A DNA stretch of 63,999 bases, filler included, from Gonapodya sp. JEL0774 (GCA_027604505.1; 17 parts of 17 records of this genome joined end to end with filler, not necessarily neighbours in it); one strand, 5' to 3'; positions 24,159 to 33,851 are shown, numbered from the whole stretch's first letter. Notes: a model not told the origin generated them from the sequence alone. Numbers and translations: made by a program.

Positions 24159-24204
24159 GATACCTTCTTTTTTATGTTTTTGAAGCGTTTACGTCATAGA
24201 GAAA

Positions 24205-24744
24205 ATGAACGCGAATACAACACGACTCCGTGAGGTCATGGTTGGTGTCCACAGTACTGCGAGAGATAGAGTCGCATTTCCATCCCGTGCAGAGTTCAGA
24301 GTCAAACTGCCAACACCTCTTCCCAATGTGGTGTCAGTTGAGCTGTTGGGGATCACGGTCCCCATAGACAACGTATTTGCTGCAACGCCATTTATTGCAC
24401 TCGATATTCGTGAACTGAACTCATTTGTTGTCGGTACTACCCACTTTCCCGTATTTGCTGTTGTACAGACTCACTGTATGCCTCCCTCAACTCCTCCAAA
24501 TATATTTTGGTCAATGGACAAGAGAATGGCTGAACACTGTATAACGGTGTTTGAGTCACCTCGCGATAAATTGGATACGTTTACCGTGCGACTCCTCGAT
24601 CACAACGGCGCTCCACTCGCATTGGGGTCGGATGTTGAAGGAACTCCAATTGATGAGACCAAGCAAGTGCATTTGTTTCTCAAAGCGTGCGTGCAAACAC
24701 CCGATACAAGCTTCATAACTTCACGTTACTCGGGTTACACTTGA
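24205..24744 (+). CDS. Putative Nucleocytoviricota penton/minor capsid-like single jelly-roll protein
   Basis: VHSTARDRVAFPSRAEFRVKL..PLPNVVSVELLGITVP, PFIALDIREL, VFAVV, FESPRDKLDTFTVRLLDHNGAPL match the pattern IDS..RD...YP....F.V.L....NV.SIEL...P / PY..L.I.EL / F..P...L..L.I...D..G, recalled from giant-virus proteins; intronless. Confidence 0.72.
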   Translation: MNANTTRLREVMVGVHSTARDRVAFPSRAEFRVKLPTPLPNVVSVELLGITVPIDNVFAATPFIALDIRELNSFVVGTTHFPVFAVVQTHCMPPSTPPNIFWSMDKRMAEHCITVFESPRDKLDTFTVRLLDHNGAPLALGSDVEGTPIDETKQVHLFLKACVQTPDTSFITSRYSGYT

Positions 24745-24776
24745 GACATTTTTTACCTTTGGTCTTCACACCTGCT

Positions 24777-25499
24777 ATGAAAACATCGACTGTTGCATTC
24801 ATTTTGTCGGGCGTGTTATGCCTGGCACTCATAGCTACAATCGTCACCTTGGTCATACTCTATGTCGTTCGTCGCAAGACACAAGAATCTCCATCCCCAT
24901 CGTCCAACTCACCGTCGCCGTCGCCGTCATCGTCGACGTCCAATACAGGGTCGCCGAGCATGAGTGACTATCCTTCAGGAGGGACTTATGCCCCAAACTC
25001 CCCAGAACTAACAAAATTGTTAAGCGATGCATGTAAAGTAGCTGGTATCGAGCAGTCTTGGGCCACAAATCAAGCTATTCACGACTTGATTCAGAAAGAG
25101 TCTGGTGGCCGCGTAGGCATTCCAAACTATACGATGTCTAATTGGTTACCTTCACCCTTCAACATCAGCGACCTTCAGAATCGGACAGATTTATGGCCAG
25201 CATTGTGGGAAAAAATGAAGTCCGGTGATCCCGCCTATCGAGGGAGTACGGGTACCCAATCCAGGCGTGACTGCATAGGTCTCTTTCAAGTCTGCTTCGA
25301 TTCAGGATCCACATCTCGAATGCTCAAAGACAGTTCCGGAGCACCTGCACTCGGCAACCCACTGGCAGAGGCCGTAGGTGGCCTTCTTGGCGTTAAGGCG
25401 GTGTATGGAACTCCGGAGATATTGCTATACGGTGGAACGAAACCCGACGGATCCTGGTGGGGTGGATATAGCTCCGCATCTGGATGGGACGGATGGTAG
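24777..25499 (+). CDS. Membrane-anchored lytic transglycosylase/lysozyme-like (SLT/GH23-like) protein
   Basis: N-terminal TM helix followed by RRK, Ser/Pro linker, then LIQKESGG (catalytic Glu motif), IGLFQV, NPLAEAVGG...VYG; intronless. Confidence 0.72.
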   Translation: MKTSTVAFILSGVLCLALIATIVTLVILYVVRRKTQESPSPSSNSPSPSPSSSTSNTGSPSMSDYPSGGTYAPNSPELTKLLSDACKVAGIEQSWATNQAIHDLIQKESGGRVGIPNYTMSNWLPSPFNISDLQNRTDLWPALWEKMKSGDPAYRGSTGTQSRRDCIGLFQVCFDSGSTSRMLKDSSGAPALGNPLAEAVGGLLGVKAVYGTPEILLYGGTKPDGSWWGGYSSASGWDGW

Positions 25500-25546
25500 G
25501 TAGTACAGTCTGATGACGATTGCAGAATCATGTTCTGGTGAATCTT

Positions 25547-25648
25547 CATCCCAATCACCCATCCCCATCCCCCATCCCCATCCCCCCATCCCACATCCCA
25601 CATCCCACATCCCATATCCCACATCCCACATCCCACATCCCCATCCTC
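25547..25648 (+). repeat. (CCCAT)/(CCCACAT)n tract upstream of the RING gene
   Basis: Roughly 100 bp of CCCCAT/CCCACAT units ending ~30 bp before the ATG at 25680. Confidence 0.9.
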
Positions 25649-25679
25649 ATACCATTTTCCAGCTAAAAAGTCCACTCTA

Positions 25680-26438
25680 ATGAGCCAGTTCGACGCTTTG
25701 ATATCCAATACTGGAGATCGCGTACCACCTCCTTCTTTCAGCATGAATGCCGATCCAGCGATAGTCGTCGTCGTCCCCCTGGATTTTGCCAGGAAACTCT
25801 TCGTCACTCTATCTCGAGTGATACTCGATAGACCAACGCAGAAGCAACTTGGCCTTTTCACTTTCAGCGACACAATGGTGGACTGGTGTCGAACCTTTGG
25901 CCAAGCAATGCAGTCCACACTCACTCGCAACCTGGTGCGAAAAGTCATCTCGGGTGACCAGGAGTGTGAAAAGGCATTTCAGGGCATCATCAAATGGTTT
26001 TACATCCATAATGCTACTCGACTATCCAAACCAAGCGTTCGACACCCAGAATACCTGCCATCCTTTACCGTTATCGCCCAACAGATGCTATGCGATATCT
26101 GCTTGCAGCCTCTTCTGCGACCACATGTCGTTTGTGGAAATGGCCACTTGCGCTGCGAGTCATGTCTGTTTGATATACAGTCACATAGCCTCAAAGAAGC
26201 CGCGTTGTGCGCGCTTTGTCGAGAACCGTCGTTGCTCGCTTCGATACGGCTGCACAGTCTCGACGCACTTTTCGACGGATTGCCGGTTGCGTGTACGAAG
26301 TGCGAATTGAAGATGTGTAGGCGGAATTGGGAGTCCCACTCGCTCTCATGCGTACGGTGCAATTGGTGTGAAGAATGGACAGGTGGCTACTCGCTCGTTA
26401 CCCATCGACACTCGCATTGCACCGCTGCCCAATCGCGT
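25680..26438 (+). CDS. RING finger + TRAF/SIAH-type zinc-finger protein (putative E3 ligase); 3' truncated
   Basis: CDIC...CGNGHLRCESC...CALCR (C3HC4), then LPVACTKC...WESHSLSC and CNWC...HRHSHC; intronless over 759 nt. Confidence 0.85.
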
Positions 26439-27006
26439 NNNNNNNNNNNNNNNNNNNNNNNNNNNNNNNNNNNNNNNNNNNNTTAATTAATTAANNNNNN
26501 NNNNNNNNNNNNNNNNNNNNNNNNNNNNNNNNNNNNNNTGAACAGGTTCTCGGCCTCCGCCTGGAGCGATTGAAAGCTTGAGACAGGGAGCGCGTCTCCA
26601 TCGTCTGATCCCGAGTCTGCGTCGGGCTTCTTTGACAGGCCTGATGTGTCCATAAGCAGTGTTTGGGGCTATTTGGTGGTCTAGGCACAATTAGACCTTT
26701 GTGGGAAACATAATTGTGGCAACGTAAGGAAAGCCTTCTTTTGAATCTCATATCATTCCAAGCCCAAGCCTCCTTTGCCGAATGAATTAGTTTTTGGTAG
26801 ACAGTCCGGGCCATGACACCAGCTATGAACGGTCAACCAGACTCGGAATGCCTTCAACACAGTATTATTGCCAGAAATTCAAAAGAAATCAGCGTGCTTG
26901 TTTGTGTAGAAGTTGAACAACGGCTTCATGACGAGGATGGACCATACGGCCTGCCACCGGCGCGCAACAATCACGCCAACATATTAATATCGCATCAATC
27001 CTAACG

Positions 27007-27708
27007 ATGAGCATGCCGACAGCGGAGCCATCGGAGCTCATCTACGAGGACAAGTACTGTCAAATTTACCATGATCGCCTGGTGATAAAGGGGTCTGTTG
27101 TCTCCCAGACGTGCAAACCACATGGTGTCCCGCGTCATCACCGCTTGCTGACTCAACTTCCTGCCCACCGGAAGTTACTACTTCCCCATCGCTGGGAGCA
27201 AAACCGTTAACTTCACACAGATTGAGTCGATCCACACGAATGGGGAGTTGGGACTCAGTTCTTTCGAGATGAAGGGGTGGGGTGAGTGAATTTAATTGAA
27301 CCTGGGTGAGAACATGAGACTCATTCCCTTGCGTTTCCATTTGAGGAATGGGTTTCAGTACAATATGGTGCGCATGTGATACGGGCCGATTCGGTGTTGA
27401 ATTGACCGGACTTCGAGCGGGCATGGAGCTCGTTGTTGTGAAGGTGAAGGACGACTGGTGCCGGAAGGTGAGGTCTAAAGTGATGTCTACATCACAAACT
27501 CCGACAATCCTGTATGGTAGTTCTTCTTTGACCCTCGCGTCGCGCTGTCACCCCCCAAAACATCGTGATGTGACTCTGATTTGATATCCAGGGGTTCACA
27601 GCGGAAGTAGGATCCAACACTCTCGCAGTGTTGCGGGACCGTGTTCCATCCGCGTTCGCTGCTAGCACAGCGGAATTGATCAACTTGACTGCTAAGAAGG
27701 GACAGTAA
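27007..27708 (+). CDS. Small conserved hypothetical protein (PH-like fold suspected), 4 exons
   Basis: Spliced: IYEDKYCQIYHDRLVIK|YYFPIAGSKTVNFTQI...KGWG|MGFSTIWCACD...VKVKDDWCRK|GFTAE...KKGQ*. Confidence 0.7.
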
Positions 27709-28060
27709 TTGGGTTGCTGAGACTGTCGGTTTAGGAAGAACGATGCGTTTGCAGTCGCCGCCCGTATTACAATTCAAAATCTTATTGTATGATAGAGTGG
27801 CAGTAACAGTCTGGTTGGGGAAACTGAGGGGGATGGTTCTAGGTTTGATCTCAACGGGCAGTTAAGGCAACGGGTAGGAGACTGGGACTGTATGATGTGG
27901 ACATTCCATTAACTTGTCCACGTACATAAAATAATACGAGCTATATCCAACGTCGCGATACACGGATCTGCTTCGCAATATCAGAAGCTGTCGGAAACCG
28001 TTTGCCACCGGCCAGCGGAGGCCTGAGTGAATTTTTCATTTCCGCCTCACATTGAGGGAC

Positions 28061-28998
28061 CTATTGCAATACGGACCGGCTTGGTTGAGATGCTGTGAGG
28101 TAGTGATAGGGGCAAAGCGTGGTCAGCGGAGGTACAGGAAGTTGTGAGGGCGGGTGCGATCGGGGAGTTGAGCGGCGTGAACACGAGAGATGATCAGACA
28201 AGCATAAAGGTTCCGAATGGCCAAAACAGCGCCATAATATCCATTTGAGTGTGTCGGGGATACTTGTAGCGATATGTCCACCAACGTGGTCCCTTCTCGA
28301 GAAAGACCCCACTTACCTCTGTGAACTGACTGCTGGTTGAGTAGAACTCTCTCGGCATCTCGTGGATAGAAGGTCGAAGCGCGCCGTACGATGAGGAGGT
28401 GGTAGCGTAGAGGGGATGGGATGGAGTGACCTGCGTTGTGGGGGTGATGTGACAAGGAAAGGTCATGCCTCGTTCGGTGGCAAGATATTATCAAACAGTT
28501 GTTCAGGTGGTTCCACGTTTGTTTTGATCCGACTCTATCACGAAGAAGTGTGTGCTTCGAGTCCCAATCCAAAACCAATCAATCTCCATCTGATTGGAAC
28601 GCAATGCAAAACAGCACACCAAAGCATGGAAGTGATCCACCCATTCCCATCTCCTGAAAGCATCAACCTCTCCATGTGGAGAGCGGCTAACAACTCACTT
28701 TGTAGGTCCACAGCGAGGGGTCGTCAAACCGCTCGGGTAACGGCCTTTCGGATTTGTAAACGTCCGACGTCCTTGGCGGTAAGCGGTCGCCGGTTGGAGA
28801 GCTCAAGGTGGATGCTTTCGAGGCAGCGACGGACTCAGACGGTCGCTCTCTTGCCGTTACAGTGCCAGCATCAGGATCATGATTCAATGATGATTTCATT
28901 TGCGATTCTGAGTTCATTTCGATTGATTCGAGAATGGCTGGTTCGAGCGGTGATGGGTGTTGAAGTGTTGGAGCTCGAGTTGCTGTAGAGGAGGGCAT
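28061..28998 (-). CDS. Hypothetical multi-exon protein; boundaries uncertain
   Basis: Exon-like ORF MPSSTATRAP...WTYK ending at a gtgag donor, plus downstream ORF pieces; no recognisable domain. Confidence 0.3.
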
Positions 28999-29458
28999 TG
29001 AAAGGATGAAGAGAGCTTGGGAAGATGTAAATGTGGGATTGCTTTGTGTGGTGGTTCGCGACTGCGGTCGATCATGTGCACATGCCAAGCCCACTTTCCC
29101 GTCCAAAGAAAATAAGCATCCACGGTCCCCTCCACCAACAACGACTGTCACATATAGTGGTTTATTGGTGAGAAGGGATGACTGTCTACTGGGGGGAGCG
29201 TCCGTGTGCAGCAATTCGTGGAAATCATCTGCAACATGTAACCGAACATAAAATCCCCCAAAGCGCCCAAGGCACTTGAACACGGCCTGCGATATCCCAT
29301 TAGCCACATTTGCGCTCAGGAAATGGCCGTACTAGTGTGTCGGTATCTGCGCCTTTGAAATACAGCAGATGCAGATATTCAGGTTGCCTACGGAATCTTA
29401 CACTTAGAACTTGGAAAAGCGTGTTCTTTGTTACGAGCATCTACGATTAAAATCACGG

Positions 29459-30214
29459 CTACGCAGCAAACTTATCAATGTCCACAATTGGGCACTCTGG
29501 CATCACCCCAACCGGACTCGGAGTGTTATGTTTCGAATACCACACATCTATTGGTCCCGCCACCAAGCGCACAAACTGCCTGTACACAGTACCAGATCCA
29601 TCGTCCAGCTCAGAGTCAAGAGGAAGGGACTCATGCGGGGTCTTGTCCGTCATCCAATAAATTCTCTGGGGTTCCAAAGTGGTGGGTGTCCCCAGTATGT
29701 GATGTATGTCACCCAACTGGCCATCTTTACCGACGATGGATGCGTTGAGGATGACGTTGGGGTAGACTCGGGAGGAGTTGGGAACGGTGGACGCGAAGTA
29801 GATACCACCAAGGCGGGTGTGAGACCCGGTGTCAACCATGCCGCGTCCCCATCTGACGAAAAATGGTGTGAATGGCCTTCCTGTATCATTGGATCCCAAG
29901 CGAGCCAAGGGATCACCCTCGCGAACGACCGGACTGTCGATGTGTAGTCCTGGTCTGCGATGTGACTTGCCCACAGGTACACGCCGTTCATCGATGGTGA
30001 GGTAAGCGATCCCGTTTCGCTGGCCGATGAGTGTTGCGAGCATGTCTGCGTAGCCAGCGCATTCCCTTGGCATCGTCCCACGGAGATCCTCGCAGCGGAC
30101 GGGCATCATATTGATGTAAATGTCTTGGGGAGCAGGGAAAGACGTAGTCCAGAGGGCCTTGAATGATTTTTCGACAAAGGGGACGTTGCGGGATCGCCAT
30201 TCGTGTTCTCGCTT
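29459..30214 (-). CDS. Uncharacterised 2OG-Fe(II) oxygenase-like protein; 5' truncated, intronless
   Basis: Frame is open to the contig edge: FPAPQDIYINMMP, AYLTIDE, HRRPGLHID, GGIYFAS, IYWMTDKTPHESLPL, YRQFVRLV give an HxD...H...R arrangement. Confidence 0.65.
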   Translation of the reverse strand, partial: KREHEWRSRNVPFVEKSFKALWTTSFPAPQDIYINMMPVRCEDLRGTMPRECAGYADMLATLIGQRNGIAYLTIDERRVPVGKSHRRPGLHIDSPVVREGDPLARLGSNDTGRPFTPFFVRWGRGMVDTGSHTRLGGIYFASTVPNSSRVYPNVILNASIVGKDGQLGDIHHILGTPTTLEPQRIYWMTDKTPHESLPLDSELDDGSGTVYRQFVRLVAGPIDVWYSKHNTPSPVGVMPECPIVDIDKFAA

Positions 30215-30379
30215 NNNNNNNNNNNNNNNNNNNNNNNNNNNNNNNNNNNNNNNNNNNNTTAATTAATTAANNNNNNNNNNNNNNNNNNNNNNNNNNNNNN
30301 NNNNNNNNNNNNNNTAAAAACCCACTTGAGCAGTGGAGTTCCAACCTCTCAAACTTGTTTCACCACATTCCGAACTTCT

Positions 30380-30427
30380 TTGACAAACGCAATCAAACTT
30401 AAATTGACAAACGCAATCAAACTTAAA
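30380..30427 (+). repeat. Perfect 24-bp tandem duplication in the retroelement leader
   Basis: TTGACAAACGCAATCAAACTTAAA x2. Confidence 0.95.
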
Positions 30428-30505
30428 AAAACACATCAAACTCAGAATTCACTATACCACGTACAATCTACCGAGCCTAAGTGATTACATAGACATCAGA
30501 ACTGA

Positions 30506-32059
30506 ATGCCTCGCGCCCCGCGTGTCGCTCTTCCTCCTGTGCCCAACCCAAACGCTGCCCTCAACATCGAGCAGCTCCGCGTCACGTACACAAGGCAAGA
30601 AATCGTTGAAGGAAACTATAAGTTCCTTATAAATATTTGTCGGCGTTACAATCGTTCCGATCCTGTTCCCAAATTGGTGGTGACAGGCACGGCGGATACA
30701 CTCCGAGCCCGACTCCTCGGACTTTTTCCCGAAGTCCCTCAATCTGAATCATTCGATCTCACGCAGCTTCGCGCACAAATCAATTTAGAATCCGTAGATA
30801 CAACAGATAAAGCACAATTACTCAGCCTTGCTCGCAAATATAACACATCTAACCCCGAAACAAAGCTCCCACTAACAGGAACACTGGTTTCCATCCGCAA
30901 AGCATTTAAAAATCTTCTACAGATAGAAGCAATCCCCGAAGCTGTACCTGCCCCAGCAGTCAGATTTGCAGACGACGTACCTCCCCCTCAGGACACGGAA
31001 ATCCCCGTGCTTGAGCAACCAAAACTCAAAGCAATTACATTAGCTCCAGCTAGACCCGACAACCCTATAAAGAACGCAGTTGCTGTCGATTCTGATCCTA
31101 ACAATAACGCTGCGAGACGCCAGCGGGAATTACTTGACAACGTTCTCCTTTCTCAAGCATTATTAGACTCAGGTCCACACGACCCAAACGAGCTCGGTTT
31201 CCAACAAAATACTACATTCAATTACTTTCGGTCCAGTAACGAGATAATCGGCGCTCAGATCAAGAACCCAGTTCTTCGTATCATTGAGAACCGCCGAAGG
31301 GTCCATCGCGAAAATTTTGCCGAGACATATCGCGAAATCCTTGCTGGTCCACACGAACCTCTTCCCCAAGCTGTTTGGAAAGAGATCGCATTTGGATCCT
31401 ACGTTTCCTTAGAAAAGTGCTTAGACGATAACGTTCAAATCGCTCTATCGGACCCGGAGGTCCAATATATTTCAGGCACTAACGCCGCGATAGTCCTTGG
31501 TGACCCGCGACCAAAAATCCGAATCAACAACTTCACGACTTGGTTCAGCGCCTGGCAGACGTACTCCTCTGCATCATCATTTCTATTCCCCGAACTCCGA
31601 ACGTGGAGTATCCTTGACAATTATGCAAAACATATATCCCAACTTGTACGAATGTACGGGGAACACAACTGGTCCCGTATTTACCAATATGACGTTGCGC
31701 GCCGCCAAAGAGTTGCCGCTGACCCAACGTTATCTCTACTCGACCAAAATGTCCTCAGCCCGTCCCTGTACCTCTCGGCACTCACAGCTGCCCTACCGAA
31801 GACCGGACAAACAAACGTCCGCACGAAAGGGACCCCCTACAAATCACACGGTGGTCCCAAACGTACGAATGACATCTGTAACAACTGGAATGAAGGCCGA
31901 TGCGCTGATGCCGGACCATGCATTAATGGACGGCAGCACATCTGCAAGCGCTGCAGCGGTCGCCACCGTGAACTCCAATGTCCACAAAAGAACAACGCCG
32001 GTAACAACTTTAGACCAGCTCAACCAGGGCGTCCCGGCCCCGCTGCCGCGGGCGCTTGA
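30506..32059 (+). CDS. Gag-like ORF1 with Cys/His zinc fingers
   Basis: INNFTTWFSAWQTY...WSRIYQYDVARR and CNNWNEGRC...C..GRQHICKRCSGRH...C, typical of DIRS/Ngaro ORF1. Confidence 0.85.
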   Translation: MPRAPRVALPPVPNPNAALNIEQLRVTYTRQEIVEGNYKFLINICRRYNRSDPVPKLVVTGTADTLRARLLGLFPEVPQSESFDLTQLRAQINLESVDTTDKAQLLSLARKYNTSNPETKLPLTGTLVSIRKAFKNLLQIEAIPEAVPAPAVRFADDVPPPQDTEIPVLEQPKLKAITLAPARPDNPIKNAVAVDSDPNNNAARRQRELLDNVLLSQALLDSGPHDPNELGFQQNTTFNYFRSSNEIIGAQIKNPVLRIIENRRRVHRENFAETYREILAGPHEPLPQAVWKEIAFGSYVSLEKCLDDNVQIALSDPEVQYISGTNAAIVLGDPRPKIRINNFTTWFSAWQTYSSASSFLFPELRTWSILDNYAKHISQLVRMYGEHNWSRIYQYDVARRQRVAADPTLSLLDQNVLSPSLYLSALTAALPKTGQTNVRTKGTPYKSHGGPKRTNDICNNWNEGRCADAGPCINGRQHICKRCSGRHRELQCPQKNNAGNNFRPAQPGRPGPAAAGA

Positions 32060-33851
32060 GCTTGCGTACTTTCGACCGCAACGCTCACTTTTTGAGCAAA
32101 GCATACCAGAAGATACCAATATACCCATCCTGTTATCCGGTCCTTCAACTATTGATACTGTATTAAAACCATATACGTACACACCTGACGAACTGGCAAT
32201 TATTGCCACCCTCCCAACAGACGTGTTCAAGGTGGGGCCGTCACCCATCAACGTGAAATCTCTCCTCTCCCTTACCACCGACCACCCAAACAAAGATTAT
32301 ATTGCTTACATTACACAAGGCCTACAACATGGCTTTTCTTGGGGCCTGAACGGTCTCCACACACCTTTCGTCCTGGACAATCTCAAATCTAGTAACTTAG
32401 CACCAGACAAAATCGATGAAAACATTGCGGAAGAACTTTCCCTTGGTCGTATGACAGCCACAGAAAACATACCACATCTTCGTGCTCGCGTTTCCCCAAT
32501 TGGGCAGGTGCCTAAACGTGACTCAGACAAAGTTCGGAATATATTTCATCTCTCTGCCGCCCCCCCGGGGATCAACTCGGTAAACGATGACATTAACCCT
32601 GAAGAATTTCGAACACAATATGAAGGCATCAGCACAATTATCTCCTGGATCCGTTATCTCGGACCCAATTGTTGGGCCTGGAAGGTGGATGTCAAATCCG
32701 CCTTTCGACTGCTCCCGCTACGGGTTCTCGACCAACTCTCCCACATTTTTCAGTGGTATAACAAATATTATGTCGATCACAATCTATCATTTGGGGGACG
32801 ACCCTCGCCGGCGCTTTGGAATCGCCTCGCCGACCTCATATGTTGGATTGCGAATCGCCGGATCATCATACCTGGCGCGATCGGCCACTATATGGATGAC
32901 TTCTGGGGGCTGTTCCGCGGCTCATTTGCTGAAGCATACGAATCATTTTGTGGCTTTCTTGCCTTACTATCACTGCTAGGCATACCAGTAGCTCCTGAGA
33001 AGCTGGTTTCTCCGACACACCACATCACCTTGATCGGTTTTGCACTGAACACCGAAACCCTGTGCATCACTATTCCTGACGAGAAAATAAAATCTTTGCT
33101 CAACGAATTTGCCCGATGGCAAAATCTACAAAAATGTACTCTCAGTGACTTACAATCCCTAGCTGGGTCACTCATCTGGTACGGACAAATCCTACCACAT
33201 GCTCGCACATTCACACAAGAATGCCTCCTCCGAACCAGACCTACCGCTCGGGGAGGTCGCACACGACATGTTTCCGTCTCAATGAAAAACGAACTGACCT
33301 GGTGGGCCCAAGCCCTCCGCGTCTGGCCGGGTCTGGACCTGACTTCCGATAGAGAATGGATCCAACCGGCCCACTCCTTCTTTTACACAGACTCCACACC
33401 GCTGGCTGGTGGTGCTACCATACACTCCAAATTTACACGCATCTCCTGGCCTGTTTCTGTGACCACAAACTCATTTGTCACGATTCAAGTCCTTGAACTA
33501 GCCATGGTATGGGTGGCAATCTCTACATTTGCGAGCTACATTGTCCACCGCCGCTTCATATGCTACACTGATAATGAGTCCAACGTAAAAGCTTTCGATA
33601 AAGGGGCCAGCGAAAATCCCCTTGTCCACTCCATCATTCGGGAGCTCTACTGGGCGCAGCTTCGACTGGAAGTCGAACTCCGCCTGGTGTTCATCCCTGG
33701 CCTCACAAACAAAGTTGCGGATCTAATCTCCCGCACCCCATCTGACGAATTCGCCATAAAAGCGCTACCCCACCTCCAATTTGAGTCCGCACTGATTCCA
33801 CCATTCACAGACCCTTCACTACGGATATTGTTTACCCGCGGCGCACCTTAG
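31497..33851 (+). CDS. Reverse transcriptase + RNase H (DIRS/Ngaro pol); start uncertain
   Basis: VSPIGQVPKR, RNIFHLS, KVDVKSAFRLLP, LSFGGRPSP, YMDDF, LQSLAGSL, YTDST, IQVLELAMV, YTDNES, NKVADLISR; uninterrupted. Confidence 0.95.
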   Translation: MVTRDQKSESTTSRLGSAPGRRTPLHHHFYSPNSERGVSLTIMQNIYPNLYECTGNTTGPVFTNMTLRAAKELPLTQRYLYSTKMSSARPCTSRHSQLPYRRPDKQTSARKGPPTNHTVVPNVRMTSVTTGMKADALMPDHALMDGSTSASAAAVATVNSNVHKRTTPVTTLDQLNQGVPAPLPRALELAYFRPQRSLFEQSIPEDTNIPILLSGPSTIDTVLKPYTYTPDELAIIATLPTDVFKVGPSPINVKSLLSLTTDHPNKDYIAYITQGLQHGFSWGLNGLHTPFVLDNLKSSNLAPDKIDENIAEELSLGRMTATENIPHLRARVSPIGQVPKRDSDKVRNIFHLSAAPPGINSVNDDINPEEFRTQYEGISTIISWIRYLGPNCWAWKVDVKSAFRLLPLRVLDQLSHIFQWYNKYYVDHNLSFGGRPSPALWNRLADLICWIANRRIIIPGAIGHYMDDFWGLFRGSFAEAYESFCGFLALLSLLGIPVAPEKLVSPTHHITLIGFALNTETLCITIPDEKIKSLLNEFARWQNLQKCTLSDLQSLAGSLIWYGQILPHARTFTQECLLRTRPTARGGRTRHVSVSMKNELTWWAQALRVWPGLDLTSDREWIQPAHSFFYTDSTPLAGGATIHSKFTRISWPVSVTTNSFVTIQVLELAMVWVAISTFASYIVHRRFICYTDNESNVKAFDKGASENPLVHSIIRELYWAQLRLEVELRLVFIPGLTNKVADLISRTPSDEFAIKALPHLQFESALIPPFTDPSLRILFTRGAP

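Noticed and set aside
25286..25948. Minus-strand ORFs with GCGMWD repeats
   Set aside because: Shadow translation of the CCCACAT tract, overlapping two better-supported plus-strand genes.
29988..30200. Apparent frameshift at the 5' end of the 2OG-like gene
   Set aside because: The main frame is open to the contig edge, so no frameshift is needed.
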